64,000 nucleotides of DNA, taken from assembly GCA_964428555.1 (NCBI GenBank), contig CAYRYS010000001.1, positions 15,653 through 79,652 of the forward strand. The letters are read 5' to 3'. The DNA is from an uncultured Spirochaetales bacterium (GTDB taxonomy: Bacteria > Spirochaetota > Spirochaetia > CAYRYS01). Within the stretch, counting starts at the first letter, position 1. Each line of letters opens with the position of its first letter. The notes under the pieces are model-generated. The model saw nothing but the letters and a program-made list of their open reading frames with translations, was not told where the DNA came from and made no database searches. Made by a program: the position numbers and the translations under genes. Below, in pieces: positions 20,105 through 29,351 of this stretch.

Positions 20105-20138
20105 TTTGACATAGTTACATATTAGAGTATAAATCTTA
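20105..20138 (+). promoter_or_regulatory. Sigma70-like promoter (TTGACA-N16/17-TATAAA) with long AT-rich leader
   Basis: TTGACA at 20105-20110 and TATAAA about 17 nt downstream. It lies about 180 nt upstream of the 20316 start. Confidence 0.35.
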
Positions 20139-20315
20139 AAAATGGATTTACATTACAATAAATAATATAATACTGACAAAAACAAAATTGAGAAACAGCA
20201 TTGATTTTATCCGGGTTTGTTAAAAGCGAATAAATACATTTTATTCATTGTAATCTTGCGCAAGTACAGATACAATTAAGCATTCATAATTCATTATACT
20301 CATAAGGAGGTATAG

Positions 20316-20729
20316 ATGCAGAAAAGTCTTAATTATAACCCTATGTGGATGCGGATAATGTATTTGTATACATTAATAGTCGGAGGCATTGCAGGTCTTC
20401 TAATGCTCATCATCCCTGATCAGTTCGTGGCGATCATGAATATAGAAAGTATCGATCCGGTTACCTTTGGAACAACAGGCAGTTTTTTTGTGGCTACAGC
20501 TTTTGTTTCAGCTCTTGCATTAAAAAAGCCGCTCAAATTTGCGCCTATTCTGTTCGTCCAGATAATCTATAAAGTCTTATGGTTGATTGCTGTGTTCCTT
20601 CCGCTTATGCTGTCAGGCAGCACCAATATGTATTCAATAATATTTGCAGTAATCTACCTCACCTTTATTGCAGGCGATTTTCTGGCTGTGCCCTGGGCAT
20701 ATATGCTGAACAAAACTGAAGGACCGTAA
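20316..20729 (+). CDS. Small 4-TM membrane protein, hypothetical
   Basis: 137 aa, hydrophobic. GGAGG SD. Confidence 0.4.
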   Translation: MQKSLNYNPMWMRIMYLYTLIVGGIAGLLMLIIPDQFVAIMNIESIDPVTFGTTGSFFVATAFVSALALKKPLKFAPILFVQIIYKVLWLIAVFLPLMLSGSTNMYSIIFAVIYLTFIAGDFLAVPWAYMLNKTEGP

Positions 20730-20916
20730 TAAAATCAGCCGGTGCCTCTTTTACTTGAGGCGCCGGAATCATATTTCTCATTAACAACTCAAAAGAATAG
20801 GATATGAAGAGGCACTGGAGTCCGCACTTGAAATGCAGAGTCCCTGAGTGGTTTGTTTCTCTTCTTAACCGCATTAAGACTGAACAGCACAGAATAAACA
20901 ACCTTAAGGAAAAGCA

Positions 20917-21822
20917 TTGAAAGCACAGAAGGAAAAGATATTCGGATTTCTCTTTGTTATGTGTGCAACACTCTGTGGTACCATGGGGCAGGTATTTATA
21001 AAACTATCTGCTCCAACTGCTAATGCATATCATGTAATTTTCTGGCGCTCTATATCAGGCTTTATTGTATTTAGTTTTTTTCTTTTACGTTCTGGAAATA
21101 CAAAAAAAACACTTTTGCCGAAAATGACGAAAAGCAAAATACTCTGGATTATCGGCAGAGGAATTGTGAGTGCTGTTTCAGCAATATTTCTCTTTACAGC
21201 AGTGAGTGTCGCGGATATGAGCGAAGTTGGAAGTCTAGTTAATATCAATCCCATATTCGCAGTTTTTTTCGGGTGGCTTCTCATTAGGGAACAGGTAAAT
21301 TGGAAAATCATTTTTGCAGTAATTCTTGCAATAACAGGGGTATTTCTTGTGCGGAATCCCTTTATCACCGGGTTGTCCCTTGGGCATCTTCTCGTGTTTT
21401 TTGCTGCTATTTTTATCAGTCTTGATTTCGTATTTATGCGTAAGTGCAGTTTGCTTGGGTTTCATACGATTATCATCGTATTCTCAATGCTCATAGCAGG
21501 ATTGGTTATTTCTGTTCCAGTTGTTCTGTCTCAAGGCATAATGTTTCCCCCGCCGGTGATGTTTCTTGTTGTAGGTGCCGGTACTTTAGACATGGTAACA
21601 CAGCTGTTTCTCACCAGGGCTGCAAAATACCTTGCTTCCGGTGTAATCTCGATTATTACCCTTGCTTCTGTTTTTGAGTTTATGCTTTGGGGGTATTTGT
21701 TCTTTAACGAAAGTGTGACAATTGTGAATATAATTGGTTCATTATGTATTGTTATTGCTTCAGGTGCTACGATAATCCTGCGTGTCCGGAAGAAACCGAA
21801 AGTAAAAGAACAGTCTGCATAG
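20917..21822 (+). CDS. EamA/DMT-family transporter
   Basis: About 10 TM segments in two EamA-like halves. Probable TTG start with an AAGGA SD. Confidence 0.7.
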   Translation: MKAQKEKIFGFLFVMCATLCGTMGQVFIKLSAPTANAYHVIFWRSISGFIVFSFFLLRSGNTKKTLLPKMTKSKILWIIGRGIVSAVSAIFLFTAVSVADMSEVGSLVNINPIFAVFFGWLLIREQVNWKIIFAVILAITGVFLVRNPFITGLSLGHLLVFFAAIFISLDFVFMRKCSLLGFHTIIIVFSMLIAGLVISVPVVLSQGIMFPPPVMFLVVGAGTLDMVTQLFLTRAAKYLASGVISIITLASVFEFMLWGYLFFNESVTIVNIIGSLCIVIASGATIILRVRKKPKVKEQSA

Positions 21823-21889
21823 GAAGTCCAGGAAAAATGTCACTATAAAAGGCAGCTTGAATTAGTATATTAGAAACAAGGAGGTACCT

Positions 21890-22330
21890 ATGTCAGTCTC
21901 GATATTTCGTGTAAGAGTAAACCGAATTTATGATAATAAAGTTGAAATACAAATGAAGATAATTGATAACAACCAGGAGCTGTTTTTTAGTGATGAAACC
22001 TTCGCTATGAAACTGCTATGGGACCCCAACCAACCGAATTATACTCCGCATATGGAAATTGGAAAGTCACTAACTGCTGCGGATATGCTTAAACCGGACT
22101 ATATTCTGAAAAACTATGACAAATTCATATCAGATGTTAAAATTAGGGATTTTATGGATTATCCTGCAAGCGTTCCTGAGAAAGAGCAGGATGAAAACCA
22201 AGTTCGTGCCTGGTGGGCGCAACAGGGCAACTTGCCTCAGTCAGTCCTGCTAATAGAAGTAACTGATCCTGGGTTATTGGAGCATTTGTATGAAGGTATG
22301 GAATGGGAGACAGATGCATACAGTCTTTAG
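21890..22330 (+). CDS. Hypothetical protein
   Basis: 146 aa ORF with a GGAGG SD. No family recognised. Confidence 0.4.
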   Translation: MSVSIFRVRVNRIYDNKVEIQMKIIDNNQELFFSDETFAMKLLWDPNQPNYTPHMEIGKSLTAADMLKPDYILKNYDKFISDVKIRDFMDYPASVPEKEQDENQVRAWWAQQGNLPQSVLLIEVTDPGLLEHLYEGMEWETDAYSL

Positions 22331-22355
22331 CAATAGCTCTTGTTAGGATAAACAT

Positions 22356-23072
22356 ATGAAACAGTATTCAAAGATCGCTGAATTATACGAGTCTATATTT
22401 CCTGTGTCCGATACACTAGTTAGGTTTATTGCAGAAGCGCAAAGCGGCTCTAACCTCTTGCTGGATGTAGGTTGTGCTACCGGCCAGCTTTGCAGAAAAT
22501 TGGAAATATATTTTTCGTTCATAATTGGGATTGATAATGATCCGGAAATGGTGCGTGTAGCTAATCAGCGGAGCAATAATGGTGAAAAGCTCGATTTTAG
22601 GAAAATGAGTATGCAGGAGGTTGATGGTCTATCTAAGGAAGGACCGTTTAATCAGATTACCTGCATGGGAAACACATTTGTTCACCTTGAAGATTATGGT
22701 GCAGTAAATAACTTTCTGGAAACTTGTTATAACCTTCTGAGTGAAAAGGGTGTCCTTCAGATACAGATACTGAATTACGACAGGATTGTCAGAGAAAAAC
22801 CTGAAACAATGCCTGATATAAAAACCGGAGATATGATGTTTACCCGCAAGTATGAGTATAATGAGGAAACTATCAAATTTATAACTGGTTTGCAGGATCA
22901 AGCAAGCGGAATGATATTTGAAAGCTCTGTATCTCTTCTTCCAATTATAAAAGCTGAGTTAGAGGAAGGGGTGAAAGCTGCAGGATTCTCCGATTATTCA
23001 TTTTATCAGGATTTTAACAGGACCCCATGGGAACCTGAAGGCTTTTTAACAATTCTGGAAACCAAAAAATAG
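22356..23072 (+). CDS. Class I SAM-dependent methyltransferase
   Basis: Motif I LLDVGCATGQL. Confidence 0.7.
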   Translation: MKQYSKIAELYESIFPVSDTLVRFIAEAQSGSNLLLDVGCATGQLCRKLEIYFSFIIGIDNDPEMVRVANQRSNNGEKLDFRKMSMQEVDGLSKEGPFNQITCMGNTFVHLEDYGAVNNFLETCYNLLSEKGVLQIQILNYDRIVREKPETMPDIKTGDMMFTRKYEYNEETIKFITGLQDQASGMIFESSVSLLPIIKAELEEGVKAAGFSDYSFYQDFNRTPWEPEGFLTILETKK

Positions 23073-23080
23073 GCAGGTAT

Positions 23081-23794
23081 ATGCGTATGAAAACAATAGG
23101 CCTTCTTGGCGGGATGACTTGGGAGTCAAGCCTTGAATACTACAGGATAATCAATAAAACAATACAGCAGGAGTTAGGCGGCGCAGCTTCTGCAGAAATT
23201 GTACTGTATTCCTTTAATTTTCAGAAAATAGCAGAAGCGCAAAGCAAAGAAGACTGGGGCGTATTGAAACAGAAGCTTGTGAATGCTGCTAAAAACTGCA
23301 AGCAAAGCGGTGCTGAATTTATTGTAATCTGTACAAATACAATGCATACGCTTGCAGAGGATATCGAGCTTTCCGCTGAAATACCTGTTTTTCACATAGC
23401 AGATACTGTGGGAGCTGCTGCCCAAAAACTGGATGTATCAAAAGTCGGTCTGTTGGGTACGCGGTTTACCATGGAGGAAGAATTTTACAAATCTAAACTT
23501 AAAAACACCTATAACATAGAGACTGTTATACCAGAGGAGATGCAAAGAAAAACGGTGAATTCGATTATATTTGATGAGCTCTGTAAAGGTATTAAGAACC
23601 CTGACTCAAAAATGAAGCTAATTGATGTGATAAATGGATTACAGTCTAAAGGGGCCCAGGCCATTGTCTTAGGTTGTACTGAGCTACCTTTTCTCATCTC
23701 TCAGGAAGATACCGGGTTGCCAGTAATTAATACAACTGAGCTGCATGCTTCCGCAGCAGCCCAATTTGCTTTAAAAAAACAAGCTGAAATTTAG
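23081..23794 (+). CDS. Aspartate/glutamate racemase family protein (aspartate racemase-like)
   Basis: N-terminus MKTIGLLGGMTWESSLEYY. A second catalytic Cys lies in LGCTELP. Confidence 0.8.
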   Translation: MRMKTIGLLGGMTWESSLEYYRIINKTIQQELGGAASAEIVLYSFNFQKIAEAQSKEDWGVLKQKLVNAAKNCKQSGAEFIVICTNTMHTLAEDIELSAEIPVFHIADTVGAAAQKLDVSKVGLLGTRFTMEEEFYKSKLKNTYNIETVIPEEMQRKTVNSIIFDELCKGIKNPDSKMKLIDVINGLQSKGAQAIVLGCTELPFLISQEDTGLPVINTTELHASAAAQFALKKQAEI

Positions 23795-24750
23795 TCAGCA
23801 AAAACAATCTCATCTTCACCTGATTCCTCGTCGTCATCACCGGATTCAGCACTTTCATTTTCTTGTGAATTTGAATCTTCTATAGTTTCTAATAATGCGT
23901 CGATATTAAGGGAGAAACCAATGCTTGACCTGAACATATAGAGTGCCTCAATCGGGTTTGCATCTATTAGATTGTTCATCCCGAAGGTGTAAACACTAGA
24001 ATTGAGATCAAGCTCTATCGAAAAAACAGGCATGGGTTCAACAGTAATTGTTGTGCCAAGCATTACTGAACCGAGTGTGTGTGAAATACTCGAGCTGACA
24101 AAAGTCCGGTCAAGCTGTTCATAGCCGAAGCTAAGCAGTATGCGGTAGGGGATGTTTTTCTGGTAAATATCGGTGTCAAAAGAATAATAGGTAAGACTAT
24201 CTACTACTTCTCCTGCATCGGTTTTTTGAGTAAAGCGGCGGGAATGAATATTTGCTGAACAGATTGCATTAGGAACATAAAAACCAAAGCTCACATCGCT
24301 TTGTTCCTGGATATAGTCGCCTGTCTGCACAAGTCTGCCTCCAATTGTGCTGTCTGCGCGAAAACTGGCGTATACAACCGCTGGAAGCTCTATCCTGACT
24401 TCTGTAGATATTCCGGAATTTAAGATTTGGTTCGCGGAATTGAAGAACCCGAAAAATGGACCGACCCCTATTTCGAAAAAGTCCTGGTTATAAAAAAGCC
24501 GAGTATAACTAATCCGTCTGTGGATTGAGTCATGGGCAAAGGAAGTTTCTACACTAAGCTCTTCAGAAAGCTCTTGGTTCATTGATCCTGAGAGACCCCA
24601 AAGAAATTCGTTTCCAGCAAAATCTAAAGCATCTGCTGCTCTATTGTTGTTAAACTTCAGGTTACCGACAGAAAAGTCCCCGCTTAACTCTATGGAAAAG
24701 GTATTGATTGAAATAAATATTAGAAATAATACTGCTAGTCTTCTATTCAT
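23791..24750 (-). CDS. Secreted beta-rich protein with acidic C-terminal tail (possible outer-membrane protein), paralog of the upstream gene
   Basis: Signal peptide. Alternating aromatic/hydrophobic pattern. C-terminal ESAESGDDDEESGEDEIVFAD. Its start lies 2 nt after the upstream stop. Confidence 0.45.
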   Translation of the reverse strand: MNRRLAVLFLIFISINTFSIELSGDFSVGNLKFNNNRAADALDFAGNEFLWGLSGSMNQELSEELSVETSFAHDSIHRRISYTRLFYNQDFFEIGVGPFFGFFNSANQILNSGISTEVRIELPAVVYASFRADSTIGGRLVQTGDYIQEQSDVSFGFYVPNAICSANIHSRRFTQKTDAGEVVDSLTYYSFDTDIYQKNIPYRILLSFGYEQLDRTFVSSSISHTLGSVMLGTTITVEPMPVFSIELDLNSSVYTFGMNNLIDANPIEALYMFRSSIGFSLNIDALLETIEDSNSQENESAESGDDDEESGEDEIVFAD

Positions 24751-24752
24751 AA

Positions 24753-25853
24753 TTAGAATCCTGACCGGATGCCGACAAAAAATTCAAATAGACTGCCGAT
24801 TGAGAAGGGGTATAGTTGGCTGTTTATCTTAAAATCCCAAAATACTCCTGCACCGACAAAGGAGAAGTAGGGAGACACCCGAATATTCAGCATTTCTGTT
24901 TCATCTGTCAAATAGCTTAACCCAGCTTCAATACCGCCCTCAGCTGTAGATTCAGGGCCTGCACCGAACAAGAAATTTACATTCACATCAATTGACCCTT
25001 CTTCATTCGTTGCTTCCTGCAGATAGTAGGATGGATGAACAAATACTGTCAAAATTATAGATAGGATATTAATCCTTACCCGTGGTTCAAACATAAAATA
25101 GAACAAATCCATATTAAAAGGATCTGTATATGGATCCCATCGAGGTATGCCTATTTGAGTAAAAAACTCACCGCCGATTCCGGTAGAGTAATACAGTAGA
25201 AGACCGCCTCTGTACACACCCCAGTTACCCTGTGGGTAAGAAGCGCCGGCAAATGCCTCAAGTTTGAAAACAGGGAAATTAATTGCTGCACGCAAGTCAG
25301 CGGAAAACTCACCGGGGTTCAGATATCCGTCCTGGTATAGTGACAAGCTTCCATAAAAATGGTTTGCAAGTGTTGTGGTAGAAAGCTCAATGCCTGAGCC
25401 TGCAATGCTGTGTATACCATCGTATTGGATACCATCACCAAAATACATTAATCCCCTAAACCGGCTGGTTATTGGCTCAGTGCCGAACAGTTCAGGGAAT
25501 AGGCTCCCTGACAGATATGGATCCATTTGTCCAACAAAATAGGAAAAATTGATGGGCAGGGAAAAGATTTCCCGGATAATAATACTTAAAGAACGGAAAC
25601 GGAGAAAATTATCTGTATCAATATTATCTAAGGAGCTTCCTGAAAAATCCAGACCTATTCTGCCGCCGAATTTATAACCGCCCTCTATCAAAAAATTGAT
25701 GTTTCCTAGGGTAGAAAGCACCAAGGAACCGTTTTCTATTTGTCCGCGTGTATTTATTTCTAGATCCGGAATACTTAAATTGGCGGAATAGACCGGAAAA
25801 ACAGAAAGTGTGATTAATAATATAACAATAAATAGAAATTTATTTCTTACCAT
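24753..25853 (-). CDS. Secreted beta-rich protein, putative outer-membrane beta-barrel (C-terminal Phe)
   Basis: Signal peptide (…SVFPVYSAN), a G/Y/F-rich alternating pattern, and a terminal ...GIRSGF. GGGAG SD. Confidence 0.45.
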   Translation of the reverse strand: MVRNKFLFIVILLITLSVFPVYSANLSIPDLEINTRGQIENGSLVLSTLGNINFLIEGGYKFGGRIGLDFSGSSLDNIDTDNFLRFRSLSIIIREIFSLPINFSYFVGQMDPYLSGSLFPELFGTEPITSRFRGLMYFGDGIQYDGIHSIAGSGIELSTTTLANHFYGSLSLYQDGYLNPGEFSADLRAAINFPVFKLEAFAGASYPQGNWGVYRGGLLLYYSTGIGGEFFTQIGIPRWDPYTDPFNMDLFYFMFEPRVRINILSIILTVFVHPSYYLQEATNEEGSIDVNVNFLFGAGPESTAEGGIEAGLSYLTDETEMLNIRVSPYFSFVGAGVFWDFKINSQLYPFSIGSLFEFFVGIRSGF

Positions 25854-25942
25854 GACTTGGACTCCCTTAATAATGATTCTACTACCTTTTATAAAAATAT
25901 CAATTACGAAGCTATAAAAACGTGAACAGTATTCCGGTATTT

Positions 25943-26602
25943 TTATAAAACCTCTGGTTTGGCATTGAGCCTCTGTATTATATATCGTGCTAAACTATGT
26001 CTATCTTTATTCACAAAGCTTGTGAAATTGACTGCAACAAAGCGTTTTCTTTTATTTACAATGTAACCGGAAGGTTCGATTTGACCTGTTGCCATAGTAA
26101 TGGTTATCGGATTTATTCGAGTACCTGTGTCAATTACCGAAAGGTCTGAAACATTCAGCAATTCCGCTGCAAAGCCTCCTAAACTTATATCAATAACCTT
26201 TCCGATAATCTTTTTCTTCTGCTTCTTATCATCATAGTGTACACGCATAAGTTCGTTTCTGTCCGGTTTTACACGGACATGTTTTCTCATATCATTGGTT
26301 TTAGGCAGCTTTTCTGCAAGTTTTTTGATGAATCCAGTTACAGCTTCATGGGAGGATGCCTTTTTTAGTGTTTTTCTTTCTCCGGTTTCTGTTTGAGCCT
26401 TTTCTGTAATTATTATTGAGCTTCCCTCTATTTCTGAATTCTTAACCTCATCGGCGAAGACTTCATCAATAAAAACAACCTGATAATTGTTCAAATTTTC
26501 CGGAGTATTTTCAAAAAAATACGGTTCAATACCGTTTTCAAGTAATAAGATAGACAGCTCGGAAAGAAACTGGTCCATGCTGCCGAGGATAGCACATTTC
26601 AT
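25943..26602 (-). CDS. PilZ-domain protein (putative c-di-GMP receptor, two-domain PlzA-like layout)
   Basis: The C-terminal half contains RKHVRVKP (RxxxR) and DISLGGFA (DxSxGG). AAGGAG SD. It is divergent from cheA. Confidence 0.6.
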   Translation of the reverse strand: MKCAILGSMDQFLSELSILLLENGIEPYFFENTPENLNNYQVVFIDEVFADEVKNSEIEGSSIIITEKAQTETGERKTLKKASSHEAVTGFIKKLAEKLPKTNDMRKHVRVKPDRNELMRVHYDDKKQKKKIIGKVIDISLGGFAAELLNVSDLSVIDTGTRINPITITMATGQIEPSGYIVNKRKRFVAVNFTSFVNKDRHSLARYIIQRLNAKPEVL

Positions 26603-26702
26603 TGGTACTGCTCCTTTCCATATATTCTCAGGTTAGTAGTATAATAGCTTTTCCCATAAAAAAATAGCACTTTATTGCATACCCGGTGATTCTTCAAATC
26701 CT

Positions 26703-26726
26703 CTTTCTCTTATCTATAGGATAAGA
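26703..26726. promoter_or_regulatory. Palindromic candidate operator in the pilZ/cheA divergent region
   Basis: TCTCTTATC-TATAG-GATAAGAGG, an 8/9 bp inverted repeat. Confidence 0.25.
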
Positions 26727-26907
26727 GGCTGGGTGGAATTTACCTGAAGAATATTGTTCTAACCAGACTGGTTTCTGCTGAATTATACCTCTTAAAACTA
26801 GAAGTGCAGGAATTACTGAAATCAATGCTTTAGAGATAATGGAAATTCGGTATACAAAGCAATTTATACTTGACTTAAGTCTGGTTATATATATGATTAA
26901 ATTTGAA

Positions 26908-29331
26908 ATGAGTGATTATCTAGACCCTAATAACGAAGAACTATTAAAAGATTTTTTTATGGAAGCCCAGCTGCAGATTGACGCTCTGGAGCAGAATATT
27001 CTCGTTTTAGAGAATGATCCGGGCAATGGCGACGCAGTGGATGAAATATTCAGGGCTGCACATACACTAAAAGGGGCTGCTGCAACTGTCCAGATGATGG
27101 AGCTTGCTGAATTTACACACCTGCTTGAAGATGTTCTCGACGAGATTAGAAGCGGGAAAGTAAAGACTGATACTGCTTTAGTGGATACCCTTTTAGAAGG
27201 TATAGATGTAACCAAAGCCATGCTTCAGGCAAGGATGAATGGAGAAGTCTATTCCGGGGATATAACTCAAGTGCAGGATTCCTTGAATAATCTTCTCCCT
27301 GGGGCAAAACAAAAAGATGTAGCTTCTAAGCAGAAACAGGCCGCACCTGCGAAGAAAGCTTTCCCTGCAACAGCCCAAGAACCTGCAAGTGATGAGCAGG
27401 GGATATCTGAGTACGAGCTCTTGGAGATGAAGGAAGCAGCTGATTCGGATGCACCGATACTTCAGGTCACTGTTTATTTTAATGAGGATCATCCCATGAA
27501 TACAGTGGGAGGCATCCAGGTCTTTGCTGCACTAAAAGATCTTGGGAAAATACTGAAAACAGATCCTGAGTTTGAGATGCTCTATGAAGATAATTTTTAT
27601 GAAAATGTGAAATATTTTATTGCATCAGATAAAGACGCTAGTGAGATTCGCAAAAGAGTCTTTATTCCGGATGTAACTACAGATATCATTGTTACTGATA
27701 TAACCTCAGGCAGTTTTCCTACAAGGCAAAAACCACAGGCAAAACCAAGGAAACAGGAGGTTTCCCAGCAGGAACTGGATAAGGTAGCTGCTCAGCTGAA
27801 ATCAGCAAAAACTGAGAAACCTGAGAAGCAGAAAGAAACTCCAAAGCCTTCTGTTACTGACAACGTGGAAGAGCCTGCAGAGAAAACTCCGCCAAAGGAT
27901 GTTGCAAAAAAAACAGCAAAAGAACCGTCCAAGCAAAAGGTTTCAAGTTCCATTTTGCGAGTTGACTCAAGCAGAATAGATAATCTTCTCAATTTGGTAA
28001 CCGAGACAGTTATTATTAAAGCAACATTTAATCAGATAAGCTCTCAGTTTGCTGATGATCTATCCGATTTTCAGACAACCCAATCTGAATACAGGGATGA
28101 TATTCGAGAACTATTTGATTCTCTTCCAGAGTATCTTGAAGCAATTAAAGAGGGTAAATCTATAAAAGAGGTGAAACGTGAACTCTTGGACAGGTATGGT
28201 AATATATTCAATCTGTTTGATACTTTCGAAGGAAAGCTCAAGAATACCGTTTCTAAATTTAGAGGCACTGCACAGAACCTTGGAAGGATAACCGGCGATC
28301 TCCAAGAAGGTGTCATGCGCATCAGAATGGTGCCGATATCCCAGATATTCTCCAGGTTTCCCAGACTTGTGCGTGATCTTTCTAAAACCCTTAAAAAGAA
28401 TATTAACCTCAATATTGAAGGTGAGGATACTGAACTTGATAAGTCGGTAATTGAAGACCTTCTAGATCCTCTCATCCATTGTGTGAGAAATTCTATTGAT
28501 CATGGAATTGAGTCGCCTGAGGAACGGAAAGAGGCGGGTAAGCCGGAAGAAGGCCAGGTGTATCTAAAGGCTTCTAATGAAGGAAATATGATCCTCATTG
28601 AAATATCGGATGACGGAAAGGGAATCGATGTTGAATCCATTCGGAAAAAAGCAATAAACCGCGGGCTGATACATCCCAACAAAAAACTGACAGATATCGA
28701 AGCCTTTAATATGATATTTGAGCCTGGTTTCTCCACTGCCAAAAATGTAACTAATATTTCCGGACGGGGAGTAGGCTTAGATGTTGTAAAAAAACAGATT
28801 GAAAAGCTTAATGGCTCTGTGAGTGTATGGTCTGAAAAGGGAATCGGTACCAGGATGACTATTAAGCTTCCTTTGACCCTTGCAATAATTCAGGGTTTAT
28901 TGGTACGGGTTGGAAAAGAGATATACGCAATTCCTATTGCTTCTATTGTTGACAGTCACCGTATAAAGCCCAGTGAAATTAAGCTCATCGATAATTATGA
29001 AGTCTTCAATGTAAGAGACGATGTAGTTTCACTCATCAGACTAAACAGACTGTTCAAGATCCCATCTTCAGAGCAGGGGGATTATAAATTTGTGGTAATC
29101 GTTGGAAGCGGAGATAAGAAGATGGGACTTATGGTAGACTCCTTAATTGGAGAAGAGGATGTGGTAATTAAGCCGCTGAAAGATCAGTACACAAATTCTC
29201 CGGGTATTGCCGGTGCTACGATACTTGGGGACGGCACTGTTTCTCTTATTATAGATGTTAGTCAGCTTCTTGACCTTGGGCTTAGAAAAGAATTGGAAAA
29301 GCGTAAGAGCAGAGAAGCAACGATACAGTAA
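26908..29331 (+). CDS. cheA: Chemotaxis histidine kinase CheA
   Basis: Hpt (HTLKGAAAT), a long K/P/E-rich linker, a dimerisation domain, an HATPase_c domain (DDGKGID, GRGVGLDVV) and a C-terminal CheW-like domain. The likely start is MSDYLDP at 26908; the track starts at 26839. Confidence 0.9.
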   Translation: MSDYLDPNNEELLKDFFMEAQLQIDALEQNILVLENDPGNGDAVDEIFRAAHTLKGAAATVQMMELAEFTHLLEDVLDEIRSGKVKTDTALVDTLLEGIDVTKAMLQARMNGEVYSGDITQVQDSLNNLLPGAKQKDVASKQKQAAPAKKAFPATAQEPASDEQGISEYELLEMKEAADSDAPILQVTVYFNEDHPMNTVGGIQVFAALKDLGKILKTDPEFEMLYEDNFYENVKYFIASDKDASEIRKRVFIPDVTTDIIVTDITSGSFPTRQKPQAKPRKQEVSQQELDKVAAQLKSAKTEKPEKQKETPKPSVTDNVEEPAEKTPPKDVAKKTAKEPSKQKVSSSILRVDSSRIDNLLNLVTETVIIKATFNQISSQFADDLSDFQTTQSEYRDDIRELFDSLPEYLEAIKEGKSIKEVKRELLDRYGNIFNLFDTFEGKLKNTVSKFRGTAQNLGRITGDLQEGVMRIRMVPISQIFSRFPRLVRDLSKTLKKNINLNIEGEDTELDKSVIEDLLDPLIHCVRNSIDHGIESPEERKEAGKPEEGQVYLKASNEGNMILIEISDDGKGIDVESIRKKAINRGLIHPNKKLTDIEAFNMIFEPGFSTAKNVTNISGRGVGLDVVKKQIEKLNGSVSVWSEKGIGTRMTIKLPLTLAIIQGLLVRVGKEIYAIPIASIVDSHRIKPSEIKLIDNYEVFNVRDDVVSLIRLNRLFKIPSSEQGDYKFVVIVGSGDKKMGLMVDSLIGEEDVVIKPLKDQYTNSPGIAGATILGDGTVSLIIDVSQLLDLGLRKELEKRKSREATIQ

Positions 29332-29351
29332 CCGCGGAAGAAGAGGAATTT

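Noticed and set aside
20730-20916. Imperfect hairpin CCGGTGCCTC...GAGGCGCCGG upstream of the EamA gene as a terminator or riboswitch
   Set aside because: It has one mismatch and no U-tract, and I see no recognisable riboswitch consensus. I left it unannotated.
25943-26602. N-terminal half of the PilZ protein as a response-regulator receiver domain
   Set aside because: No conserved phospho-acceptor Asp, Thr or Lys triad could be placed. It is more consistent with a YcgR-N/PilZN-like domain.
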